Below, piece after piece: positions 13,953-26,700 of a DNA stretch of 64,000 nt. Source of the stretch: Ministeria vibrans ATCC 50519 (lineage: Eukaryota; Protista; Filasterea); NCBI GenBank assembly GCA_943704425.1, contig CALSCP010001488.1, forward strand, positions 78,938 through 142,937, written 5' to 3'. Numbering within the stretch: position 1 is the stretch's first letter; the number at the start of each line of letters is the position of its first letter. Under the pieces are notes generated by a model. The model did not search any database and had not been told where the DNA came from. It worked only from the letters and a program-made list of their open reading frames with translations. The translations under genes and the position numbers were made by a program.

Positions 13953-16900
13953 CTGGCGTTAGTGCGCTCCCTTCTCCGCCTTTGTCGGAATACTCGTACT
14001 GATGCACTCGCATCCACGTTTGCACGTCTTCGCGACTCGACGCCGGCGCTCGACGGCTCATCTTGCGCGACACTGGCAGCTTCGACTCGCTGGTCTTCTG
14101 TCCATTAACAGTGCTGTCTGTAGTCGCTGCTGTCATCGCCATCCCTTGTGCATTTCCAGTTCCCGTCTCAGCTTCAGTGGAAGGTGTGGGAGCACAAGGC
14201 GCAGTGACAGTGACCGCCCGATGACGTTGACCCCAGCGGTCGTGGTGGAGCACTTGCAGACGCGGCACACGTAACGGAGCCAGACGCGCACTGTTTCGCG
14301 ACGACTGGGTGTCCTTCATTCGCGGTGCAAACGCCACAAGAAGTCCCTTGAGGCGCGACACTCCCTCGACCCATTCGCTGCTGTTCGCGCCGTGGACGGG
14401 CCACGAGAGGGCCCGACGACTCCACTCGGCCGAGCGTACCTTGGACTTTCGCCAGCCATCGCGCAGCATCCCGTCCGATTCCTCTTGCTTCACCGCCCAT
14501 CGCTGTGCCGTTGTTGCGCCGCCATGCCGTCCCTTGCTCCGCTCCTCGATACACAGCTCGTGTGCTGTCGACGCCAATGATCCGCTGTTCAGGTCCAACA
14601 AGTGCTCAACGCCCGTCACCGTGTCGCCACTCGGACTTGCTACACCACGCTCGCGCAACGTCAACAGTTGACCTGCAGCGCCACTCGACTCAACCGTCCC
14701 ATCGCTATGGTAAACCCACCGCTGCAACGCGTCGTCCTCATTCTTCCGTGCCAACACCACACTGCGCCGTTGTCGTGTCGTTCCTTCCTCTTCCTCCCCA
14801 CCTCCCTCCTTCTCAAAGTCATTCTCATACCCATCCACCGCCGCATCCTCCTCCTCCGCGTCCTTTCTTTTCTCAGGCACCACAGCGAGCACCATCTCCG
14901 GCATCAGTGAACTCGCAATATACCCGTCGCGGGTCAACACCCACTGCTGATCGCGTCGCCCAATGCTCTTCGCATTGAGGCCCGTCTCTCCCACTACATA
15001 CTGTGCTCTACCACCCCCATCGCACACCCGCAACAGCGTCTGTCCACGATAGCCCTTCAGTGTAGTATGCGTCTGTCGCAGCTCCTCCATCACCGGGTCG
15101 TACTCGTTGTCCGCTTCCTCTACCTCTTCCTTCTCTTTCCCTTCGTCTTCCTCAACACTCTGCTTTTTCTTTTTGAACTTCTTGCGTTCCCCAATTTGCT
15201 CTTCAACGCGCGCCAGCTCCTCACTCACGTCAACAACTGTCACCGCGCCCGCCTTCAGCGTCGACAGCGACATGACCGAGCCGCTTGCATCCTGTCCCTC
15301 CGCCACTTGCCCCACCGCCTCGAGCACGACCTCCGGCAGCATGTACTCCTCGCCTTGGCTGCACCAAAGGCTCACAGGCGCTCCGTCGCTCTCAAAGTGC
15401 GCACGGAGCTCAGCGCCACGACAAATCTCACGACCGGTGCCCAAGAAAAAGCGTCGCACCGCCGTCGATACGCGAAGTTTGGCGGTGGCAGTGGCATACA
15501 GCTGGGCCATTTCGAGCTGCTCGTACTCGGCTTGAGACGTGCGCGATCGTTGCGAGGTAGCCACCGAAAAGAAAAGCGACACGGGCTCACGGTGTGCACC
15601 ATTAGGGTACAGTCGTACGGGAACCGTCTCGTCCTTGCTGGCGGCCAACTTTTCGTTCTCCAGCAACGGGATGTGACGGCTGCGCCTCCCATCGCCTCTC
15701 CCGCCGTCCCCTCCTCCCCCCTCTGTCGTGTTCTCCTCCTCGGGAATGTAACGGTACAGACGCTGAGCGGCCTCGCGTGCCGACGTAAGTTTCGTCACAC
15801 GTGCCTCAGATATTTCCACGTCGGCTGCGTAGCCGGAGCCCAGCGATCGCTTGAGCGACGTAGTGGCGCCATGGAGACGCGCATTGATGCGCTCCTCAAT
15901 GTCCATGAGCCAGGCACGCGCGCCGCGCGGCTCAAAGGGCTCGCCGCAGCTGATCCACACGGGACCGCACGCGCGTCCACCGTACGCCAGTAGTGTTTCG
16001 GGTAGTTGGTGCACATCGTTGTCAATGGTCTCGGTCGTGAGTGTTCGCCCTCGCATGTCGTACGCCACCCGTGCCTGTGCACGCAGTCGCCCGGCAAACT
16101 TGGTCTGACACTCGTCCATGAGCAGTGCCAGTGGATCCACACTGTTCACAGCCCCCGCCGCCCAGACAAGTTCAGCACCGCCCTCAGCGCGTCCGTTCAC
16201 AAACACAAGAAGACGCTTTGCTTTGTGGCCCTCTAGTCCGCGCGTCTGCTCCGTCATGCGTGCACTTGTCGGTCGTTGACGTGCCGTCAGAATCACGCCG
16301 TCACGACTCCACTTGGCGCGATTCTGTGTCGCCGTGCGCTCGCCCTCAAACGGATCGATAAACGCCTCGCCACCGCTCACGTAGACAGTCTCGTCGCGTC
16401 CTAGACGCTCTTTGATCCACTTCTCCGTGCCATTGTCGAGTTGCACACAGATGCTCCGACGAATGTCAAACAACTCTTGGCCCTGCTGGTCAAAGACACG
16501 GCGAACTCCACCGCCACCCATGCGCGCACGACACTGCTCCATAAATTCGTTCCACGAACGTGCCGCAATGGGAATGCCCTTGGCAGTGGACGGCGCTCCG
16601 TTGCGCAGCACAAGCAAGCGCACGCCGGCCGCGCGCTCCGTCTCGTACAGCGGGTGTGATCCCACCCGACTACTGGCCGCCGCAATGAGAAGCATGCTCT
16701 GGCTGTTGCTGCTGCTGTGGTTATAATAGGGCGAGTCGGTGGAGGAGACGGACGAAGCGCGTGAACGTGGACGAGAGGAGCGAGGCCGCCCGCCCGAGTG
16801 GCGACGAAACGCCGACGATGCGGAAAGAGACCGTGATCGCTGACGAGGAGCGCTGGTCTGTGGTCGAGTAGCGTACGCGCTGTGGCCACCCCCTTGTGAT

Positions 16901-17521
16901 GCTTCTTGTTGTGGTTGGTGTGAAGCGTGTTTGGGTTGCTCCAGGCGTTTCTTCACCTGCGCAAAAGGTTTGTTGTCAGCACAAGCCAGAAAAGATATTC
17001 TTATGCGTTACCTCTGCGATGTACTCTCGAACAACGAGCTCTTCAAACAGCCGCTTGTCTTGCTTCAATGGTCCATGCAGCTGTTGCTCTTCTTCTCCCC
17101 CATTGCCGTCGCTCTCAGACGAAGCGGCTATCGCACTGGAGGTTTTTGTTGTGACCGTTGTCGTCGCGACAACCTCAGTTTCACCATCGCCATCGTCGTG
17201 GTCGTCCGATGGTGGATCTTCAATTGGAGTCACAACTCCGTCGCTGTGCTCGGCCTCAGAGGCAGAGGGCGACTCGGACCGAGTCTGTGCAACACAGTTT
17301 GTTTTAGTCGCGTTGCCATGGTTTCAAAGCGAAAGAAAAAGCGCAACATAAACAGAATCAAAGTGACAACCCTTTCCCGCTGGATAAGGGGACACGATTG
17401 TGAAGTGTAAAGGGAGAAACAAGATAGTGACCCGAGAGAGAGAGAGGGAAAGCGGTGGTAACAAAATGATATGCTCACTCACCGAATCTGAAAGGTCAAA
17501 ATCGCAATCGTCGCCGTCCAT
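12346..17521 (-). CDS. DCDC1: DCDC1/DCDC5-like protein with multiple doublecortin domains and a ricin-B lectin domain
   Basis: Repeated DCX-like units (RRVFDQQGQEL...VYVSGGEAF; RRLFDEERVEL...CYVTCGEP; RRVFAADGREL...VWASSG) and QxW ricin repeats (QQWVLTRDGYI, QRWVYHSDG, QRWAVKQE). Two small 5' exons (ATG 17521) splice in phase to a 4.6-kb terminal exon. Confidence 0.8.
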
Positions 17522-17746
17522 GGTAGCTGTGAGATGTAGAGAACTAAACGAGAGCGAAGCGCTTGGAGAAAAGTAACTGAGAAAATAATAAATTGAATTG
17601 AATTGTATGCTTTTGTAAGCAAGACGATCAATTAGAGTCTTCTCTTCGGAGTTTGGGAATTGTTTGCCCATTGTTTTATGTTTGACTCAGTTTGAGTATG
17701 GCATTCTCTCATTCTCAAAGTTGTAATATTATAATAAAAATTATTA

Positions 17747-20700
17747 TTAATCACTCAATTGTGTCAACAGAGCAACACCTCGCAACACCCACTTGGACGA
17801 CTCTTCGCTGCTGGGTAAGGCAATGCTCGTAATAAAATTTGTCGAATGACCCCTAAGAAAATGACACAAAAGAAGAGTCAACGCGAGTTAAGCAATCGAC
17901 ACACACAACATTCCTTACGTGGTTGAGAGTGTTCCGCGACGATCAGACGTCTTGTACAACGGACACTCATACACATACGATGCGCCGCCGCCACCACCAC
18001 TACCACTACCACCACCACTATTACTAGCAACAGTAGTAGCACTGCCTTCGCCAGCGGCCGTCTTGCGCACGGGCCGCAACCACACGACGGGCATGGCGTC
18101 AAACAACTGCTTGGCCAGTGCGTCCCCAAGACGCGCCCGCTCCCGGTCCCACCGCGCCCCTTCCAGGAACAGTCCCCGCACATACACTCCATCCTCCGGT
18201 GCAGTCTCAGGTACACTGTCGCCAAGCACCTCGTAGCTGAACCCAAGTTCGTCAATGGGAATCTGCTGTTTTCGCGCATAATTTTGAAGTGCACCTAAAA
18301 AAAACCAAACACCATTTAGATCAGTCAATTTTAACAAAATAATTATTGCTGTTTGTTTTTTTTATCACTAACCAGTGAGAAAGCTCTGTGTAAAGTAAAA
18401 ACCAGAGATCCAAAAACAAGCGGGTTTCCCATTGTCGATCCAATTCTGAACACAGTGTGATGAGTGTTTTTTTTTGTTTTTGTTCTCCTCCACTTTTTCT
18501 TCTCTTACCTGAAGGAAATTCAAACGCGCAACCAAATCATTCACATAACTGCCTAATGGTTTCAGCGACGGATACGACCGACTGAGCCACATTTTTGGAA
18601 CCTAAAAAAATACAGGCAGAAATTATTACATAAACAACAATAACAACGGGAATTACGTTATAATTGTTACCTGGTTGGCCAAAATGCTGACATATATAGC
18701 CTCGAGCTCCGCATTCATCACCAGTAGTCCTTTGATTGCCTTGCGAAGCTGCTCGAGTGACGTCCGGATTGTCAAAGTCAGTCGGTTGAACCGTTTGGTT
18801 TCCTACATGAACGGCACAGATGAACAACAAACATTCAAAGCGGTTTACAACATAGATTGGTACCTGGACCAGCACAGTGTTCATGCTTTCGTTGTAGTCG
18901 GTCGGGTACTTGCGCAACACCGCCGCAGTGTCGTAGTCCGCTGGCAGTTTCCCCAGCACATCCGACGCCACTCGGTCTACCATCTCATCCGTCGTCACTG
19001 CACTCCCACTCCCACTCGACACCTTTGCTTGCGTCAAAAGTACACTCTCAAACAATACACGCGTCTCCTGTAGGTCCTTGGTAATGTCTGCATTCGTGTG
19101 CATCCCAAACACCTACGCAAAACGAGAAACTTACTTAAAAATTCTGCCTCTTTGTTTCTATCACTCTGCATTTTTTTTCTTTTCTCCCTCTCTCTCTACT
19201 ACTTTGTTTCATTCTTTCTCTTCTATCTCTCTTCTCTCTCCTCCCCTCTCCTCTCCTCTCCTCTCTCTCTTTCCCTCACTCAAACTCCTTGCTTACTTCC
19301 GGTTGCTGCTCCAAAGGAAGTCCTCTAATGTACGCTAGATAGTCATCGTACGATCCTTTGGCCGGTGCAAAGTACGTTCCGCTCTCCGAGAATCGATACG
19401 CATCATCCGACACAATCTCAGTACAGAAAAACTAACAAAATAAAGACGTCAATTTCAATCGTAAGTGTCAAGTTTATATCATACCTTTTTGAGGATGGCT
19501 CTCAGAGTGCGACGATCCCAGTCGTCGGTGACGCGCCCCCCATAGTTACATTCGCCCACAAGGTAGGAGAGAGCCGGGAGAGGCAGGGAATCGTACTCGT
19601 TGAGGAACATGTGCAGCTGGCGCACCGAGATGCGCAAGTCCGACTCGTTGAACTCGTAGGGAATGTTCCAGCCGAGCGCAGAGAACTTGCGACGCTCTTG
19701 GACAAGCGCGTGGAAAAAGCACAGACCAAAGAGCATCTTCTCCCACGCGTGATCCTGGCTGCAGCCATTGAAAAAGGCCGGATCGCTCAGCGGGTCGGTC
19801 AGGTACGAGCGCAGTAAATTCGCCTTGAGACCCTTCGGCGGCTCGTTGGTCAGCTTGACGCCATTCTGCAGCACCGACACGGGGAAAGCATCCGACGGGT
19901 ACGACGTCAGCCAAAGACGGAAATCGGGGTGCACCGATTCTGGTCGTAGCTCCTCACACAGTCGCTCAAGGGTCGGCATCCTACCACACAAAACAAACGA
20001 AATAAAAAAAATTCTTATCATTATTAATTATTATTATTAATTAATAAAATTAATACCATTTGACGGCCAAGTGACAGTTCTGAAGGACCACCCAGGTGCC
20101 CTCCTTGACTGCTTTGACAAGCATCGCCTGCGCAATGGGGCCCTGGCCTTGCCCCAGCGACAGTGTCTGCATGCGCGAGCCGCCAAAGCCCATGTCGTCG
20201 GCAAACTTGAGAAGAGATGCCATGGGATCTGCGCCAGGCGACAGGATAAACACGAGCGGTGCACACGCGTGGCTGTCGGCAAACGACCCCGCAAGATCAA
20301 ACGGAGGCGGTTCAACAAAGCGCTGGCCCAAATCACCGGCAACCACCGACACAATGGCAGGCACTGCCTTGTCAGGACGCAAACAGCGTGTCACCAGCAG
20401 ACGCACAATGGGCTCCAGGTCATTCAGCGGTCCCATCGGCAGAGGCATCTCGTGGGGCACTGCAGAATCGTAGACGGCCTTCCACGCGTCTCCTTGGCTC
20501 AAAATATGCTCGCGTAGCCCATCAAATGGCTTCATGTCACTCAGACGGCACAGCTCGTCCCACGCCTTGTCTGGCAGCCACGCAGCGTGCACATTCGCAT
20601 GGACATTGTCCAGAGCCAGTCCTCCCGTCAGCACAAACCGCCAATGCGCGTCACTCAGACGACCCTGCGCCCGACGCAGATTGGCACACAGCAGGAACGA

Positions 20701-23700
20701 AAAGAGCAGCTTGTCCTTCTCAAACAACGATCGACACACATTGCAGTACAGCGCATATTTAAAGTGCGCTTCGAGTGTCGCCAATCGCTGCTCCAAATTT
20801 GTAGTGCGCTCCGTATTCTCAATCGACAGCACAAACAGATTGATGAACCAGCCCAGCGAGTACTGGTACATCGGTTCAATGCTCGCCAGATCAGCCAACG
20901 TAAAAAACAGTACAGACGAGTGTGTGGCAATCGACCGGTAGCCACTAAAAAGGAAAAAAAAAAAATTAAGAGTATTGTGAGAGCCGAGACTCAAACACAC
21001 AAACAACACTCGAGAAAGAAAAGAAAAAACACAAATACAAACATAAACACACAAACCTCCGTGTTTGCTCGATACTGCGCTCCGTTTCCTCTGCAACCGC
21101 TTGTTTCTCACTAATCTCAGTCGCAAGTGCTTTGCTCGACGACAAAACCTAACAATTTATCAATATGACATCTTACAGATGGTATTCCTTTTTCTGACCT
21201 CAATTGCAGATTCGTCTTCCAAAATATTCCCTTCGCTCGTCGACAATACCTCCAAAATGCGACTCTCAATCTCTTTCAGCGTCTTCTGATTCTTCGCCGA
21301 TTGAATAATCAGTCGACTAAAACACACAAACCAATCAAAAAGAATCCTTTCGATCAGCTTCACAATGTACCTTCGCTCTTCTTCCAATTCGGGTCGTTCC
21401 TTTGCAACGACAATTCCCAGAATCTGATCTTCAAGACCTTCGGGCGTAATCATAAAATTCAACACTGTCACTTTCACACTCAGCTCAGGCAAAAAGTGAG
21501 GATTGCACAGTTTTGTCGTAATGTAAAACCTACAATTTCAATTAAATAAAAAGCACACTCAAAGATTGCAAATACCTGAACTCACTAGAGTACTCAATGG
21601 TAGCGTCACCCAGTCGGATGCATGTTGCTCCGCCCTGTTTGAACGTCTGTTTTAGCAGAAGTGGCTCCAAAATCGGATCGAGCTCCTCTCCCACATTCTC
21701 AAGCAGAACGGGCGTTCCAAACTGCACACAATTCATTCATTTCGCACGAGAATGTTTTTTATTTTATTTATTTTTACCTGAATGCAGTTTTCAAGGGTAC
21801 GCACAAAGTCAGAATCGGACAGTTTGATAACATGAAGGTTGTTGTCCTTCTCCATGTTCTTGACCCACTTGTTGGCCTGGCCCTGGGGATCGATCATGAG
21901 CGGCCACCGTCGCGATGTCGCCACCATGATGCCGTTGTCGACCGAGAAACCGTCGGTGGGCAATCCCGCAATGTTCCACCCACGAATGGTCACTGGATCC
22001 CCGAGCGTCTGACTTAGCGACACGTTGCCCGAGCACGGAATGGCACTCTCACGACACCTTTCAAGCCACTCACGTGTCTGCTCGGCGCGAAACACCCCCG
22101 TAAATGCGCCCAGGTACGCCACCAGACCCGCACTCACAAGCACGTCGCCCGTCAGGTTGTGATACAGATCGCCCAGCTCGCTCGCTGTCTCGTTCCAGCG
22201 TGCTTTCTCGCCTCCCAGTCCGCCAATAAGTCGCTCCGCACGCTCCAGTTTCTTCTCAGTGAGCTCCACCTGTCGCTGCAGATCCTCCTTCTTGCGCATC
22301 ATGGCATCGTACTCGTCCTTGAGTTCCTGCAGCGTGTCCTGCACCTTCTTGAGCTCGGCGCGTTTCTCATTCAACGCCGCCATGCTCACCGCCAGCTCGC
22401 CCTCGGCCACGGCAAGCTTGGCTCGCTTGGGCGCCACCACACGCGCTACCTTCTCGTACGAGTCAATGGCGCGCACCCACTTGCAAAGGCCCTCGGCGGC
22501 CTTGCTCGCATTCGCGACCTTGGCTGGCACAAACTCCGGGTTGGTTATGTACTTGTCACGAATGGCCTTGATGACGCGCGCAGGCACGTCGTCCTTATCA
22601 AAAGCTTTGATCGTTTTGAGGAAGTTGAGCTCCGAGATGAGTCGCTTCGAGGGTCCCAAGTAGTCGTCAATCATCTTGCCGCTGCCCGACGGATCCTTGA
22701 CACGGTCGGCACGCACCTGCATGAGCACACACACCGCCTCAAGCACCAGCTGGACACCAAGCGGCGGTGTCTTGTACGTCTTGACAATGTTAATGTCGCC
22801 TGGCGTGAGCGTGTCCAGCGCCGCCAGTGCCTCTTCTAGAATAGGAATAGCCTCCGCCAGGTCCGCTTCGCACTCATCCTTGATGCCCTGCGCCACCTGC
22901 GCCTGTCCATTGGCAACAGCCTCGTCCTTTTTGACTACTTCCTCGACAGCTGCAACCTTCTCGCTCTCGCGTGTCACGTTCACCATAATCGCATCGGTCT
23001 CGTCGCTCGCGGCTACCAGCTGTGGCTGCAGTGCCTCCAGCTCCGCTTGCATTCGCACCACTTGCGACGCTGCTGACTCGAGCTTCTCCAGCCCAACCAG
23101 GTAGCGTCGTTGGTTGCTGCGAACCGCATCGCGTTTCCGCGCCAACAGAGTCTTGAACGTGCCAATGAGCTCCAGATAGCTGGTGGGCGTCACATAGTTG
23201 TGCCGGCCGAGCACCGAAAGAAATCTGGTCGACAGCTCGCGTGTCGACTGATGAAAGTGCTTGCACAGATCGACACAGGCTTCGCGCACCGACTCGCCCA
23301 TCTCAACAGTGGAGAGCAGACGACGCGCGACAACAGTGAGCGCATCGTCGGGCCACGACGTAAACCAATCAATGGTGCAGCAGTTGATGAGCGACGGGAA
23401 CTTGCGCAAGCGCGTACGAAAGGCCTCGCCAATCGGCGACATGGCCAACGCCAAGTGGAGGTTGTCACGCACGCGTGAGACAAAAAACTTGTAGAGAGCC
23501 AACGGCGACGGGTCGGCCTGCTGTCTGCCTCCACCGGCGGCAAGCATGAACGCCGGTCGCACCGTGTCAATGATCTCCTGCCGCTCGTCGGGCGCAAAGA
23601 TATTGGGCACCTCACCGCCATTGAGAATGTTGCTGAGATCTTCAAAGTAGTTGTCGCTCTGCGCCTGCGTGTCCGAAAACAGGAACACCAATTGTTGGCC

Positions 23701-26700
23701 CTTCTCACCGGCGAGACGCAGCACACGCTTGAGGTCTTCTCTCCACTCAACGTTGGTGTACGACTTGGTGATCTCCACTTGGAACAGCTGGTAGCCGGCC
23801 ATGTATGCGGCAAGGCGCATCAACGACTGGCGACCACTGCCGCCTACACCCACCAGAAGCGCATGTCCACGCGGTTGCTTGATCACTCGACTCACACGTG
23901 CCACATGTTCAATGGCAAAGCGGAACAGCACCAGCTCCATGCGCGTCTTGTGCATGTTGTTGTACTCGTCGAGGTTGGCGGCCGTCGTCGTCTGCAACAA
24001 GTCCCAGTCGCGAATCTCTTCGTAGCGCTTCTGTGTGTTGGCCGGATCGCCAAAGTCACAAAAGAGAATTGAGTGGGTGTCGTTCTCATCGACTACGCCG
24101 TCGCCGTCGCCGTCCAAGTGCGCAAACAGCGTGTCAAAGGTGCGCTCAAAACGACAGCGTACCACGCCACGAACGTGCTGGAAGAGCCACTGCCGATCGT
24201 GGTCGTCGACAAGACGGTCGTAGAATACACGGTAGGTCTCGTGGACCCACAGGCGCACGAGCGCGTCGGGGTCGCACACAGTCTCGGTGCCGCACAAGAG
24301 CACACCCTGGATCACTCGCCCAAAGTCACGCAGGTTGAACAGGTAGTGCGACTTGGCCGGCGTTGGCAACAGATTGTGCGTCGCGCCGTTGAAGACGTCG
24401 AGTGTGGCACGCACCAACTGTGCGGCAGGCTCGCGGAAGAGATCGTCAAAGCCACGCGCGCGAATATGCCAGTTGACAATCTCGGAGAAGATGCGCACCA
24501 TGGTGTGCTCGCCAAATGTGTTGACAGTGAGAGTGTTGAAGTGGCGCGCAAACCGTGGTGTGAGCGTGTTGCGACCGCCGCCCGGAGGCCCCATGGCGCA
24601 CACAAGCTGTGTGTCGACAATGCGCTGGGAAGTTGTGTCGCGGCGGTCGTACCACATGCTGTGATCCAGCATCTGGCGCAGCAGCTCAATCGGGGGCTGT
24701 GCGCCGTAGTACTCCTTGGCCGGCATGTTGACGTCGTCGACAAAGAGCACCGCTTTGGTGCCCGCCCGTGGCCCAAACACCCCCTTGCGTCGCTTGTCCA
24801 GGTTCGCCATGATAATGTCTTGGACCTGATTAGCACTAGTCTGCGCCGAAAAGTTGATCACCACCGGCTTGTACTGGTCGTGCGGCAGTCCATGCAGCAG
24901 CAAGTCTTGGATGTACAGCGACTTGCCCGTGCCCGTCGGCCCGACCACCATGCACGACTTTTGGTGGCGCACCAGCGACTCCACGAGAAACTTGTAGCGC
25001 ACCGTGTCCACCGTGGGCACAATGATGTCACTGAAAGAGGCGCGGTCGGGAATGCTCCAGTCATCGGGGATCATTGAGGTCCACCGCTGCCAGCTGCCCG
25101 CCATCGTGCTGTCGTCGTCGTCGCCCTTGACATAGCAGAATTCGTAGAGGGAGCGAGCAAGACGTGGATCGTTGTCACGGCTATGGTTGGTGCTGCTTAT
25201 GTTGGGCAGTACATCTTGGCAAAGGGGTGCCCGCAGGTTGGACGAGTCGTCGTAGCCGATCACGACAAATCCATGCTGCTCCATGAGGGCCGACATGGAC
25301 GTCTCGGCGGCACAGAGCACATGCACAAACTCACTGAAGCGCAATCGACTCTCTTCATCAATAGGCGAGCCAACAGACCAAACGAGAGCAAAGACAAAGA
25401 TGTTGGGGAGCCGTGCAAGCGCCGTCGCATTACCGCCCATTGTAGCGTACGCCTCGGCATTGGCACAGGCGAGCATCTCGTCCGACATGCACTCAACAAG
25501 GTTCATCAGCGACCGCACCATGTTGATGTCAGTGCACGGCGCCACTTCACGACAACACGCACGCATAAAAGCAAGACAAGGATCGACAAAACGCTCAAAG
25601 AGATGTGTCAGACACGAGCGAACCTCCGAGTCAATCCAAATAGGCAGCGTCGCAAGCCACGAGCGCATCAGCGGACGCCAGCCCAGCGATGCTGGCTCCA
25701 TGTAGATCATTCCACAGCGGCTCACCGTCGCCGGAGACGCAACCTCCAAATCCATCGGTTCAAACACCAAATTCATTCCTATCAAAATAAAATTAATATC
25801 AAAAACAACATAAAAATATTAGTTAGTAGTAATACCTTCGGGCATTTGAATGATTTCTCCGCTCGTGAGACAAAGAATTTTGTTATCGTCCAGCACAGTG
25901 TTCCTAAAACAAGTCGCAAACCGGTAAACGAAAAAAGAAAGAGACAGAGACAGAGAGACAGAGGCAGTGAAGGTACTTACACTAGGAGAAAAAAAAAAAA
26001 AAAAAGTTAGTCCGCTTCCGCTTTAGGGGGTTTTTTTCTTCTTTTCTTCCTTTTTTCGTACTTGATTCAATCCAAATGGCATCGACAGGACCGTCAAAGA
26101 TGAGCCACTTTGTGTCTGAGGACTGACTCACGGCAAAAGCACGAAAGGCGTTTGCAAGAATGCCATCGCTCCACTCGTGCGAGACGGGATCAAAGGACCC
26201 GTACAGCTGGCCGAGGGTAATACTCTTGGGATTGATGATGCGAGACTGGATTCCGACGTAATCGCCAACCGAGCGCGCCTTGAGTGCGTTCATGGCGCCC
26301 ATCAACACCTTGCATGCCGACGACTTGCCGCCAAAGGGCTCTCCAACAACCATAAAGCCGTGACGCACAATCATCATCTCGTAGATCTGCAGCACTTTCG
26401 ACACAAACACCGGTTCAGGTTGCAGATTCAACACACGGCACTGCTCATGGATGGCAGGGAGAAGAGCATCATAGTCGGGCACAGGCAGACGCACTCCAGG
26501 AAACAGATCGCTCGTAATGCCCTCAAACAGTGGCAAGTCGTGCGCAAGGAATTTCGCTACACGAGAGAGGAAGAAATGAATTTTATAATAATAAAAGGAC
26601 GTTGTAGCTGTTGTTGTGTCTTACGGAGATTAACGTCGTTGATGGAACGCAACATAATGATGTCTTCGTTCTCGTCGGGGTACTTGAGCTTGAGGTTTCC

